The position numbers and the translations under genes were made by a program. A stretch of 54,952 bases of DNA, filler included, from Sluysia triapertura (Eukaryota), in NCBI GenBank assembly GCA_046118255.1. It is 3 parts of 3 records of this genome, joined end to end, with 100 filler letters (N's around TTAATTAATTAA, not from the genome) between each part and the next. Parts side by side here need not be neighbours in the genome. Positions count along the whole stretch, not along the records: positions 21,122 to 43,779 come from JBJNIA010219580.1; positions 43,880 to 54,952 come from JBJNIA010189320.1; 1 more part is not named here. One strand, written 5' to 3'. The notes under the pieces were generated by a model. It was given only the letters and a program-made list of their open reading frames with translations, ran no database searches and was not told the origin of the DNA. Shown piece by piece: positions 40,034 to 52,326 of the stretch. The first letter of the stretch is position 1. Every line of letters starts with the position of its first letter.

Positions 40034-40570
40034 NNNNNNNNNNNNNNNNNNNNNNNNNNNNNNNNNNNNNNNNNNNNNNNNNNNNNNNNNNNNNNNNNNN
40101 NNNNNNNNNNNNNNNNNNNNNNNNNNNNNNNNNNNNNNNNNNNNNNNNNNNNNNNNNNNNNNNNNNNNNNNNNNNNNNNNNNNNNNNNNNNNNNNNNNNN
40201 NNNNNNNNNNNNNNNNNNNNAGCATAATATAATAATAATAATGATAATGATAATAATAGTAGTAATTTAATAATATTTAGTCGAAATTTAGATAAATCAG
40301 ATACATAATGAATGTAATGAATAATTTGTCGCTACATAATCAATGAAATATATTTGTTTTGATAATAGACGATTTTCTAATACTTTACTTTTGTATATTT
40401 TCTTTACAAATTTAATTATATATATAATTTATAATTTATATAATACATAATTTATCTAATTTATATATTTAAATATAAAAAATAATCTAAAATATAAATA
40501 TATAAATATCAATAGAAAATAGAAAAATAATATAAAATAAAAATATCGTAAAATCTAAGAAAAATTAATA

Positions 40571-41002
40571 GTAGGTTGGTGCATAAATTCGTGCAGTTAG
40601 TTGGAATTATGAAAAATGCATACACTGATCAAGAATTAAAAAAAAAACAAATATCTCAGTCCCTCAATCGGCGAGTTATTCTTCGCCACAATCGATCACT
40701 TCCCACGTTTGAAGAAGCTTGGTGATTTTTGGTCTAAAAATTCAACAAACGCAAGGAATCATTCTAGAGGCTTCTGCAGCGTTTAAATATTGATTAAAAT
40801 AGAAAAGGAGCAGATGCCGAAAATGTTCATGTTTATCTACATGATACTCCATTTTAATGAGGGTAATGAAAGTGAAAGTTAGTCTAAAATGATTTAAATA
40901 GATAATTCAGCTGAATGAATGTAACTCAAATAAATTAAAACAAGAAGTTGGTGTGTTTTCTTTGCAACAAATAAAACCATACGAATTTATGCACCAACCC
41001 AC
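40571..41002 (-). mobile_element. Mariner-like element, second and more deleted copy
   Basis: TA target duplication at 40569-40570 and 41003-41004; near-perfect TIR GT(A/G)GGTTGGTGCATAAATTCGT; body is the reverse complement of parts of 36211-36870. Confidence 0.9.
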
Positions 41003-41499
41003 TAATTTATTGATTTAATTAATTGAATGACATTGATAATTATTTCGTGGCCAATACAACAAAAGAATTTATTAGTACATTTCGTGCTATATAGTGAGAA
41101 TTTTTAGAGTGGGAAATATCCTTAAATATTCATATAAAGTAATTGTCTAAGCAAGTAAACATACTTTATAATGATTATTTCAAATTTATTCAACTTGTGA
41201 AAATAAGAATATTGTTAACCCTTTAATCTACCCATTAAATATCGAAGATTATCACGATTAGTGCAGACAATTAAACTTGCTCAATTCTGTGTGTGGAGTT
41301 ATCATAAGATAAAACTTAAATAGTTTTGTTTTTATTTACCAAATTTATATTAAAGTACAAACTATTTCAGCTGTAATACTAGAGAGTTTATAAAGTAATG
41401 ATAATATTAAATAAAAATAGAAAAATAAAAACTTTAAATCACAATGAAATTAAAATGAAACAAACAAAATTCTTGAAATAATAGAAAAGTTATTTCTGC

Positions 41500-41586
41500 T
41501 GAATGATTTATTTTAAGCACTTTTGAGTACTTACTTTGTAGTAGATATGAGCGCAATATAGATTAATATATTATGATTATTATTAC
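41500..41586 (+). mobile_element. L2 LINE extreme 3' end, third copy
   Basis: TTTGAGTACTTACTTTGTAGTAGATATGAGCGCAATATA plus a TTA tail, matching the other three copies. Confidence 0.8.
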
Positions 41587-41827
41587 TAAAATATTACTTC
41601 TTTTGTAAAGAAATTATTTACAACTAATAATCTGGAAGTGTACAACACTTTCGAAGCAACCTAGGAAATGTAAAGCCGCTTTACATCATCAATTTAGGCA
41701 GAATGTAAAAATACTATGTGCAACAAAAATAATATTTTTATTGTTATTAAAATATACTGTGAACGAGATCCTTCAAATTCGAATTTAATATAGAAAATCT
41801 TGACGAGTCAAGCTTGTCATTTCCTCT

Positions 41828-42495
41828 CAAGGGCTTAAGAAATTTTTAACAAGTGGTTCGCTCTTTTTTTCTCGAGAATTGTATGAACTAGCGCTATAGC
41901 AATGTGTCACCGCGATTGACATAAAAACAAAATAATGTTAATTAAATAGTTTATTTTATACGCAAAACAACAACATTATATTAATAAGCAATAGAACAAT
42001 GCAATAGAAGAAAATAAAGAAAAAATGTGCTATTTGTATAAAACTAAAAGTACTACTACATGCCAGTAGCTGCCTCTCCTCTTGTGATCTTTTAGATTTA
42101 TCCAGAGCCAATAGATGATTTTCCGATTTAAGCATATCATCATAAAACCTGAAACATGTTTAACAGTGAAAGAAGATCTTTTCATTGGAACAATATTATT
42201 CATCGAACTAAAAGCTCGTTCAGAATCAGCGCTGCTAACTGCGATTATTTCCATAATGACCTTGGCTTTTTCCACAGTGTTGGGAATCTCGATTTGGAAT
42301 TTTCCAGTCAGTGGGTTTTCTACTAAAATCATTTTATTTTAATTTCATTTTTCAAAATAAAATTCAATGATCTTATTCTCTTTTCTCCTTCTGGTCATGG
42401 ACACGTAACTTCTTCCATACTCCACGTTTCAGAGTAACATACATTAAATATGTTTTTCAAGAACAAGGGGCTCGCAAGCCCCAGCGAGTCCCTAT
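41828..42495 (-). mobile_element. hAT transposon remnant (C-terminal dimerisation domain)
   Basis: ORF 42030-42332 IAVSSADSERAFSSMNNIVPMKRSSFTVKHVSGFMMICLN matches the hATC SSAxxERxFSxM..KR motif. A GC-rich hairpin-like terminus lies at 42465-42495. Boundaries are approximate. Confidence 0.8.
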
Positions 42496-43496
42496 ATCTC
42501 ATTACTGTATATGTATATCAGAAATCAATGCTTCAAAATTATAAATAGATAATATAGAGTCTAGAACAACAAAATTGTTGAGCAAAAGATGATAAAAAGC
42601 TCAAATTTTGTTATATTAATAAATAATACAAAACTTAATAAATTAAAAGTACATTAAATTTGTACTTTAAAGTGTGTTGGTATTTTTCTAATATAAATTG
42701 TGTTCTTTTGAGAAATAGGAAGTCTTCAAAACAAACGGAAGGGTGACAAAAATGTGAATAATATTCAAAAAAAGATTAATTTTGAAAAATATAAAATGAT
42801 AACATTGAAATAATTAACTAACTAAACTATGAGCAGGTATAGAAGGTCTTTCCATGGCCAGAGTAATGCAGTTTAATGCTATGAAAAATAGAATTACATT
42901 GTCGAACCATTTTCCATTCATCAGATCTTGACATTTCACTCGAATACTAAAAACAAAAGAAACATTTAGCACCGTTTTCAGTCTAAAAATAACAATGTGA
43001 AAAATAGAACCAAATCGAAAATGATTGGTTCAAAAACGTTTTCTACATTATAAAAAGAAGTAATATTAAATAATAACTCCGTGTTGTAATCTAGAATAGC
43101 ATGACGTTGTTCTTCGGTCAATTGTTCTTTTTAAGTTTATCAATTTTTCTTCGGAATTCTCTTTTTTCAAATCACAGCGGTACTTATTTTATTTATCTTA
43201 AAAAGCTTATCTTTGATAGTCAAGTTCTTTTACTTTACACAAGCACAACACCTGTCATTCAATGTATAATGAATATTGTCACGTTTTTTCGATACTCTCG
43301 ATAATCTACGATATTTTCTGAAATGTGTACCATATTTCCAGACAGGAGTAATTTTAATTTTAAATTTAAATATTAAATTATATTAAATATATAATTATAT
43401 TAAATATATAATTATAATTATATTAAATATATCATATATTGTTTTACTCTGAAAAGTGTGATTGTGTATGTACGATATAATAGTGATAATATATTC

Positions 43497-43635
43497 CGGG
43501 TTTCCACATTTATTTCAATTTTGCTTTATTTCAATGCAAAAAGAATAATTAAGTTTTACATTAACAATGAATGAAATAAGGATTAATAAAATTTAATAAT
43601 TAATATTAAAATTGAAATAAATGTGGAAAAACCTG
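43497..43635. mobile_element. Small Tc1/mariner-type MITE (~140 bp)
   Basis: Inverted repeat TTTCCACATTTATTTCAATTTT / AAAATTGAAATAAATGTGGAAA, with the right end terminating ...CCTG followed by TA. Confidence 0.7.
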
Positions 43636-43710
43636 TAATGCGTAAATGATTGCTTTAAATTCTTCATAGCACATTAACTTTTCATCGCTATAACAGGTTA
43701 GTATGTAGAT

Positions 43711-43779
43711 CAGTGGTGTCAAAGTGGCGGCCCGCGGAGGCAAATCATGCGGCCCGTGTATTTACAAACAATACCAGGA
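43711..43779. mobile_element. Terminus of a Charlie/Buster-type hAT element, cut by the scaffold end
   Basis: CAGTGGTGTCAAAGTGGCGGCCCGCGG with repeated GCGGCCCG subterminal motifs. It is preceded by the 8-mer ATGTAGAT with a central TA, as in Buster-type targets. Confidence 0.7.
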
Positions 43780-43879
43780 NNNNNNNNNNNNNNNNNNNNN
43801 NNNNNNNNNNNNNNNNNNNNNNNTTAATTAATTAANNNNNNNNNNNNNNNNNNNNNNNNNNNNNNNNNNNNNNNNNNNN
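43780..43879. other. Artificial scaffold-join spacer
   Basis: 44 N + TTAATTAATTAA + 44 N, identical to 21022-21121. Confidence 0.95.
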
Positions 43880-45339
43880 GTTATATAAAAATATATAGAG
43901 ATTCAGTTTTATTTGATTTTAGTTATTAAAAAGGGTTATTAAGAAACGAAAAACACCACAGAATCTTCGGAGGCATAACCGTGGTAACTATAGAACCATC
44001 ATACAATATTATATTTAACAATCTTGTGTGTGGTTAAGTTTAATGTGTATAGATTTAGTTTGTATGTATCTATTGTGTAATCCGTTAAATTTGTTTGTTT
44101 GAAATCACATATGTTTTATGTCGACTGAGTGGTTGTAATAAAAAGACCATACATATTACAGAGAGATAGACATGGTGTTGATGACCGAATGTTAAGAATA
44201 AAAATCACAAAATTGTGGTTTTAAGAACGCCATGAGGTTCTTGGAAAATTAACTCATTTGTATTTGCAACATTATATTGTTTATGAATGTTGAAATTAAG
44301 TAAACTAATAAATTTAATTATAGTTTGTTTACATTAATAGCTCCATTAAAAATCTATTATACAATATTTTAATTATGATGCTTTACAATGAAAAATTTCA
44401 GCTGAGATTTATTTCTGTGGATAGCATCATCTACATCTTCTACATCATACAAACATCAGATTTGATTCTAATAATTAAAGACTTTTGATTCACCCACATA
44501 TTTGTTTATATGATTTATTCATACTAAAAACTTGATGTTTTCTAGGAAATTTTAATTATGTAAAGGTTAATTAACTACAACCTATGTAAACAATAATAAT
44601 AATTTTAGATTTAAAAGTATCAAGTTAAAAAATTTTGGTATTAAAATTAATATCATTTTACACGAGCAATAATCGATATAAAAATTCGTCTTGATAACAC
44701 TATTCGTAAAGTTCGAAAATTTTAGATTTATCAATTTTTGTATTTACAAAAGTTCGACAAACATAAGAGGTTGTTTAATCCATTTTGGCCAGATAGCTTC
44801 CACAACTTTCTTATCTTTGCAGTCGTAAGTTTCTATATTATAACAGGATCCATTTCTGACTTAAAATACGCAAATTTTCCCGTTTAGAATTAATCCAGGC
44901 TTAAAATATTTATCAAAATATTCTAAACATTAAGGAAACCTTAATTTTAAAGTAATTTATTGTTATTACTATTATTATTATTATAAAGAATTTGTTGTAC
45001 ATTTTTACTGGTATTATGTAATAAACTGTTTTTATTACATAATTAATTCGTGAAGAATATATGCATAGTTTTTGTTATTCAAGGGAAAATAGCAGAGAAT
45101 TTCCATTCATTGACATTAGTGAGCTAAGACCACATCTTAAACGTAAATCCCCTAATAGTTCAGATCCTGTTGCTTTTACTTCCTTTCGATATAAATCACT
45201 GTCTAAGGGCGATATATATAGTTAATAATTAAAAAATTATTATGCCATAAGGAAATATACATTGAACTTTTCATGTGCAAGAATTAAAAATGAAACATGA
45301 ATGCATTGCAACAAATAATTGCAAAAATACATGCGCTAT

Positions 45340-47340
45340 CAGCATTGATCTAAAAGTTGCATTATTTAGAGTTGCAATAATGCAACATAATAAATAAATA
45401 AAATTCTCGTAAAATTGTACTTATGTGCACTACAATTGGACTTAAAATATATCCAGTCAGTTATAAAGTTTTTGGATTTTGATTACAAAAAAAATAATTT
45501 GAATTAATTACCTTTTTATTTTTTGATATATTGTTTTAACTACAATAAATTGACTCTGACATCATACAACTAGAAATTCGTGTAGTGAAATTCGACTTGA
45601 ATGGCTCAAGTGCCCATAATAGACACTTCACAGGAAGTAGTCTTACCACATAGGACTTCTTTAATTATTCGTACCATAATAATTATAAAAATGAAAATTG
45701 TATAAAATTACTATTTAATACAGATAATATTAATTCATATTTTTGTTACTTAGTTGATTTTTTTCTAATTATAATTATAATGAGAAAATATGAAACAATT
45801 AAAAACAATATCAAATTTATAATTATTATTTATAATTCAAAAACTTACTTTATTGAATTTTCAAATAGTACAAATCTTCAAAGGTACATAAAGTACAAAA
45901 GCATGTATCCAATCTTCTGTTTTGTTGAAATAATTTATTAATGGTAATTCCTAAATAATAGCAGTATAATTAAAAACTTAAGTAATAAAATACAATGAAA
46001 ACCACAATATTTATAAAAAATTGGTTTTTATATAGATATTTATATACTGATAAAAGTAAAATGAATCTTTTTGCATGATGTTTTCAATCCTCGTTTAATT
46101 GTTTGTAGGATTATCAATATTAAATGATTAAATTACATCTTTAGTGTTGGATCAATTTTTATAAATTGCATACATGAAATTTATTAGTTCTTTGAATATA
46201 TAACCCAAATATTTAAAATTGTGTGACGTTATATACTGAATATGAATGTAAATATGGAAATTGATGTATTGTTTGAAATTAATTAAAAATTTAATGATAC
46301 AATTACAGTTCTTACGAATGATTTATTTATTTATTTTGGATTCTACATTAATGTCTGTAACCTATTTTTTACAATAAAAATTTAACTAATAACACTTAGA
46401 ACATTAATGTGCTCCATTAAACTTTAATATATAATAATGATTATTTTTCATGTAAAGAGTTCAAAAGTATCAATAAAATCATTAAATTGATTACAAATTT
46501 AAGGTGTAATTTAATCATTTAATATAGATAATCCTACAAACAGGGATTGAAAAGATCATAAAAAAGGATTCATTTTACTTTTATCAGTATATAAATATCT
46601 ATATTAAAATCAATTTTTTATAAATATTGTAGTATTTTACTACCTAAGTTTTTTAATTATACTACTATCATTTAAGAATTATAATTAATAATTAGTTGAT
46701 TTCAACAAAATAGAAGTTATGAAGATTGAATAAATGCTTTTATACTTTATGTACCGTTGAAGATTTGTACTATTTGAAAATTCAATAAAGTAAGTTTTTG
46801 AATTATAAATAATAATTATAAATTTGATATTGTTTTTAATTATGCTTCATATTTTCTCATTATAGTTATAATTAGAGAAAAATGCAGCTAAGTAACAAAA
46901 ATATGAATTAATATTATCTGTATTAAATAGTAATTTTTTACAATTTTCATTTTTATAATTATTATGGTACGAATTTAGGAAAATAAATAAAATTTTCTGT
47001 TTGTAGTTGATACATGAGGATAAGTATGTCCAGTATACGAATGGTTAAAGAAGTCCTACATGGTAAGACTACTTCCTGTGAAAAGTGTCTATTATGGGGA
47101 CTTGAGCAATTCAAGTCGAATTTCTAGTTTATTAGATTAAAGCAAATGTCAAAATTCTATAAATTAATTGTTTCGTTATCGAAATTGAGGCTATTGAAAG
47201 ACAGCTGGTCTTATCGGCGGGACTAGATATTGCCCAAGTCTACTTGTGATGCAGTTAAGTTTAATTTTACGAGAATATTAATTATTTATTATGTTGGCAT
47301 TATCGAAATTCTAAAGAATGCAACTTTTAGATCATTGTTG
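45340..47340. repeat. Large imperfect inverted repeat (palindrome) with ~350-bp spacer
   Basis: About 45568-46143 is the reverse complement of about 46499-47129, including an ~85-bp identical block (45797-45881 vs 46757-46841). A more diverged outer pair lies at 45340-45458 and 47221-47340. Confidence 0.92.
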
Positions 47341-48430
47341 CAACTGCATTATGATAAATTAATTTGTTGACAAATTGTTTTAGTTTTAGGTTCAATTGTA
47401 GTGAAAGGTTTCAAACTTATATAAAGTTTTCTTATAAGATTTGATAAAAGCGTTACTGAAATTTTGACTTACTCGTGAGGATCTCTTCTGGTAGATATGT
47501 AATTAATGGTATATTCGTGTTACGTGACAATTACACCATTGATTAGTCATTGAGCTATATTATTTTAAAATTATTTGACGAACTTTTTAGACAAAATTAA
47601 AAACTTACTAACATAGTTAATATTCTTATAAAAAAACGTTTCACAAGTGTAATTGGTCCAATGAATGATAATAAAAGACAATAATAAAAATATGCACTTG
47701 ATAGAATAAAATATATAATTGAAAATATGAGTTTGATTATTTATGATTGTGCAGCTACCTTTAAAAACCTTTTAAAATGAAAAAAGTACAAAACCTATTA
47801 GAAACAAGCTTACTAATTGTATAGTTAATTTAAAATCAAGATCCTTTATAGCAATTGGCAACATAACGAGTGAAATCAATCAAAATTGGTTTTGTCATTA
47901 CGTTATTTCAGTCAAATTTTATAATTAATAAAGTTAGAATTTTCGTAGAACATTTTTTTGGTGGTTCTGACGTTTCGCTAAAGATCTTATAAAAACTGTT
48001 TGTAGAAAACAATTCTAACAATTTTTTTCCTGCTTTAATTAATAATAATTTTCATATTTTGAGCGTTCTTTTACATTGCTACTATTTTTCAACGGTAATA
48101 TGTGCCCTTAAACTTGACCGTTTTTACTAAGTTTTTTAATTGAAAGATAAATAATAATTTAACAAGTTGTTTTTAATTAATTCTAAGTTGAATTAATAAT
48201 TTTTTCAACAAATCATAATATAATGTACTTTATAATATACTTCAATAATATAATAAGCACACATAATGACGTGTAAAATGTACTACTTCACAAAATCATA
48301 GCGCATTTTCCGCAATTATTTGCACTTCAATTATGTTAATACTTAGAAACATAATTTCCTAGAAAAAATCCAGATAAGCGCGAAGTAGACTGATATTAAA
48401 AGATAAAAACATTTATAGATTATTTTAAAT

Positions 48431-49420
48431 TGGCTAGATGGATATGCTTTATAATTTTTAAACAATTTTTTGTTTATTATTTATTTTTAATAAGAACCGT
48501 TCACGAAGGCGTACAAAATTATTTATTGATAATTATATCTTTTAAATTTTGTACAGTGAACTACTTTATTATAGTGCTTAAGATATCTTAATTGAGGTTT
48601 ACGTTTAAAATTCGAACAATATAACTTAAACAATATAACTTGAAAGAGACACTTTAATAAAATACACATAAAATGGGTTTCATATTTATAATCGTAAAAT
48701 TTATAATAGAAAATCATGTAATTATGCAATGAAAGGAAACCACAGCAGCAAAAGCATCGCATCGCTAGACTTAATTTTATACCTCTGAACATCAGAAAAG
48801 TTTAAGATTTGACGCAGAATATAATTATCCATTATGGGCTCGAGGCAGAATATCACTATTTTATAGTCATACTTATTTCATTATTTTCTGCACTTTTTAC
48901 CTAGATAGGTATCATTTACTCGCTACCTGGAAAACCAATACATTTTCTGTCATACTATCTGATTTTGAGTTTCATTCCATTCTTGACTAGATGGATATAC
49001 TTTATATTTTTGTTATTATTAAATATCTTATTTTTATGATCATTTATGCAACTATGAATATCTTATATATTATATATTAATAAGCTTTATATTTGGTTAT
49101 TGAAATAATACATGAACTTATCCTTTTATGAATTTCCTTTTCTCTCTAGATGGATAAACTTTGTATTTTTAAATTTTAAAACTTTTTATTTTGAAAAACA
49201 ACTATATATCTGAAACATAATTATGGTTTCATTCATATCTTATCTCATTAATATCTATTTGGCTAGATGGATATCCTTTGTATATTTTAAATATCAAAAC
49301 ATATTTATTTTGAAAACAAAAACACTTTCAATGTTTCATGCAATATATTATTTCGTTGTCTTTTTGGCTAGATGGATAAGCTTTGTATATTTTAATTTTC
49401 AAAATATATTTATTTTCATT
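48431..49420 (+). repeat. Irregular direct-repeat array with core CTAGATGGATAwnCTTT
   Basis: Cores start at 48434, 48987, 49146, 49263 and 49368, with a degenerate one at 48901. Confidence 0.85.
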
Positions 49421-49929
49421 ATTATTTATATTTCCTTAATATATTTAAAATATATATCCTTATAAACTTTGATAATTCTAATTTCTATTATTCGTCTGCG
49501 TCCATTTATTTAAACTTATATTTTCCTAACGATAATTTCCTGAATTTGTTATACGCGGCTCATTTCTCAATGTTAGAGTAATCATACTATGTAGCTATAA
49601 TTACTGGATTATTCCGCGGTCGGTCCATTTTAAGACTTTTACTAATATTATAGTAATGATAATATTAATATAGAAAATTTATTAATTACTAATTAAAAAT
49701 CTTTATCCGTATGCATTACATAAATAATGATTTTCATATAAAAATTAGAGAATGATTACTCAAGATGTTACAATGTAAAAACATAAAAGTTAATAATTAA
49801 TAGTTTTTTCTCTGCAGGAGCAGCAGTAGTCCTCTGAACTCTAACTGGACACAGATTTGGGTTCAGTTCTGGAATTGTAACCCTTGTTGGAACTGGATCC
49901 ATGTTTACAGCACTGTGGCTAACTTTTGG

Positions 49930-51600
49930 TTAAAGAATATGAATGTGATTGAAGTAGATGAGATTTGGCATCTTCACCATATCCAAAGAGATGACTATCA
50001 AGACCTTTTAATAACACGTTTACTGAATTTGAATTTTTTAACGATAGTTAAATTTTCAGGGTTAATTTTCCAAATATTACGGTGAAAATTTTAATTTTAC
50101 AACGAACAACTTTACTTAAATGTTGAGAGAATGTTGAATATTTTAAAGAATTTTTTGCTGAATATGAGGGTAAGAAACAATTTTGTCAAATGGGGTTTTA
50201 ACATCAATTAATAGTAACGCTTGTCAAATTTAAAGAGTAAGTCGTTGTCGTTTAATTTTATCAGGAACATCAGAGTGATTGGAAAAAAGAGTGTGCTGAA
50301 CATCACAATCTACATCAATACCATTATCTTGGAGAAAGTTTGTAAGAAGTTTGAGTGCGAGATTGTTGCGCACAGTGATAAGACTAGAACTAAAAGTACA
50401 ATGATTAAGTACAGGTTGGCCATATTAACATTTGAATGTACATCTTCGACAATTTGTAGGAATGTTCAATTTCAAGTTCCGCCCAGTAAAGTTAAGTGCT
50501 TGAGTATTAGTTCGTGCTTTAAGTAGAAAAAAGAAAGTATTGTCAGGAGGTTCAGAATTCAATAACAATCCTTTTGTGATGCGAGATTGTGTAAGGGATG
50601 AGGAGAGCAGGGATTGACACTTCAAGGATTGCCAACGATATATATGAGATAACCCAGTTAGTTGATGGAAAACTTGAGTAAGGTTATACTTTTCATCCCT
50701 AACATTAGACAAAGCGTAGATTTAGATGGATACATTTCAGAAATTCAGTTGAGGGTTGTAATAAAGTCAGGATTCCGAAAGTATAGTTTTGCATCTAATT
50801 TAAGGTAATCAAGAGAAAAATAGCGTACCGTTTTATCAGTGGAGGCAAAAATTCGGAAGCAGTGAACTACTGTTTGAATTAAGTATTCACTGTTGAGAGA
50901 GTTAAAACCAAGCCCTCCCAAGTGGTATAGAAGAAATTAATAGAGGTAGAGCGCAAATGTATTACAAGGGCAAGTCGACGAAGGTTTCTGAAACTCTTAT
51001 TAAAGGAGGAAGCATCATTTTCAATATTTATATCATTAGAGTACATTTTTACCTTTCCAAGTTGGGCTCTAAAACGATAAGGAAATCGTGAAATTATAAA
51101 GATTTTTATTGCCCTAATTTTCTCTACTGGATGAAGGCGAGAGTTTAAAATCTTTGAACAATCAGAGAGAGCAATTTGAAGTAGAGATTCTATTTAGCAC
51201 TACCCATTTTTGAGCCGAGATAGGTGTAGTGATTTTTAGAATCAATAATAGGAACTTGAATGTTATAAATACTCAAAGGTGGTTCTACATTTTTATTCAT
51301 AGTGTTCAGATGACCACATTTATCAGGGCGAAATCTCAGATTGATATAAGAAGAAATAATAGAAAGTTCAAAGTATGTTGTAGTGATTGATGAGAATCAG
51401 ATACAATCATTATGTTATCAGCATAAGCAAGGCAGGTAAATGAATATCCTACATGACGAAACGGAGAGATTTCACGAATAAGAAATCGAGGTAAAGGTTC
51501 AATAGCAAGGGAGAAAAGAGTCATAGATAGGAGGAAGCCTTACTTAATAGGCAGGTGAGTTGTGCTGGCGTGTAAAAGGGTTTGTAGTGTATGAATGTGT
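49930..51600 (-). mobile_element. NeSL/R2-group non-LTR retrotransposon (RT + CCHC + restriction-like endonuclease), 5'-truncated and decayed
   Basis: LSMTLFSLAIEPL..CLAYADNIMI (RT domains 4-5), KARTN..CRRCTFKC*YGQPVLNHC..VRNN (CCHC knuckle and RHN), then KRQR..LLIDVKTPFD..KNSLKY..IFGKL (RLE). Multiple stops and frameshifts. Confidence 0.88.
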
Positions 51601-51675
51601 TCTAAGCAAGCATTAGGATGATTTAATGCTTTCTGTATTTGATTAATCAGAGATCCAGTAATTTACAGAGATACA

Positions 51676-51803
51676 AATTACTGTAAGATCATGAAATATT
51701 TAAGAAAAAGACCAAGTTCTTTCTGTAACAGAAATATTTTAAGGACTTTTGAGTACTTACTTTGTAGTAGATATGAGCGCAATATAAATTAATATATTAT
51801 TAT
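51676..51803 (+). mobile_element. L2 LINE 3' end, fourth copy
   Basis: Reverse-complement match to 30705-30850 (ATGAAATATTTAAGAAAA..GTTCTTTCTGTA..GAGTACTTACTTTGTAGTAGATATGAGCGCAATATAAATTAATATATTATTAT). Confidence 0.85.
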
Positions 51804-52326
51804 GCTGATAAGTATTATTCTAACTATTATCTGAAATTTTAATTTTATTATGTTCAAAAGATAAGAATTTGTTTGCCCAAAATAATAATGTAGCTCACCG
51901 ATTAAGCTGTGTCAAAAAAATAAGCCGTACAATAATGAGAGCTTATAACTAAGGAGGTAAAATCCTTGATTGCATCCTTAGTTTATTTTATGAAATAACA
52001 CTAATAGTAAATTGAGCATATGTATTGTGTAACTAATGTAATACTACACTATGGTTAAAGACATTTATGAATTATGCTTACGTATAGAAACATGTATAGA
52101 AACACGTCTAGCCTAATAGTTTTTAATAATATTTAAAATTCATGTAAATGAATAATCGATTTTATTACAATTAAAAAAATTTTAATTAAGTCAAATTTAT
52201 AAAATATTAAGTTTTAAATAATTATTTTAGTGCTTTCCGAAAAAAAACACCTTATATTTTGTTTCAATAATTTCTCAAATATATTATTTTACTGGGAAAA
52301 TTATTACGTTTCAAAAATCTTAAGAA

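Noticed and set aside
38965-40270. Multiple poly-L/I/Y ORFs in the ORF track
   Set aside because: They are artefacts of (AAT)n tracts and N gaps. The same applies to 12837-13028, 33862-34062 and 34407-34649.
47007-47062. Exon-like segment (ttgtAG ... GTaaga) in the right palindrome arm
   Set aside because: Stop codons occur in all three frames.
48431-49420. CRISPR-like repeat/spacer array
   Set aside because: Spacing is irregular (105-550 bp), the spacers are partly homologous to each other, there are no cas genes and the context is eukaryotic.
50221-50526. Plus-strand 101-aa ORF (also 7738-7998, 36444-36707 and 42115-42342)
   Set aside because: These are antisense shadow ORFs of transposon coding regions on the opposite strand.
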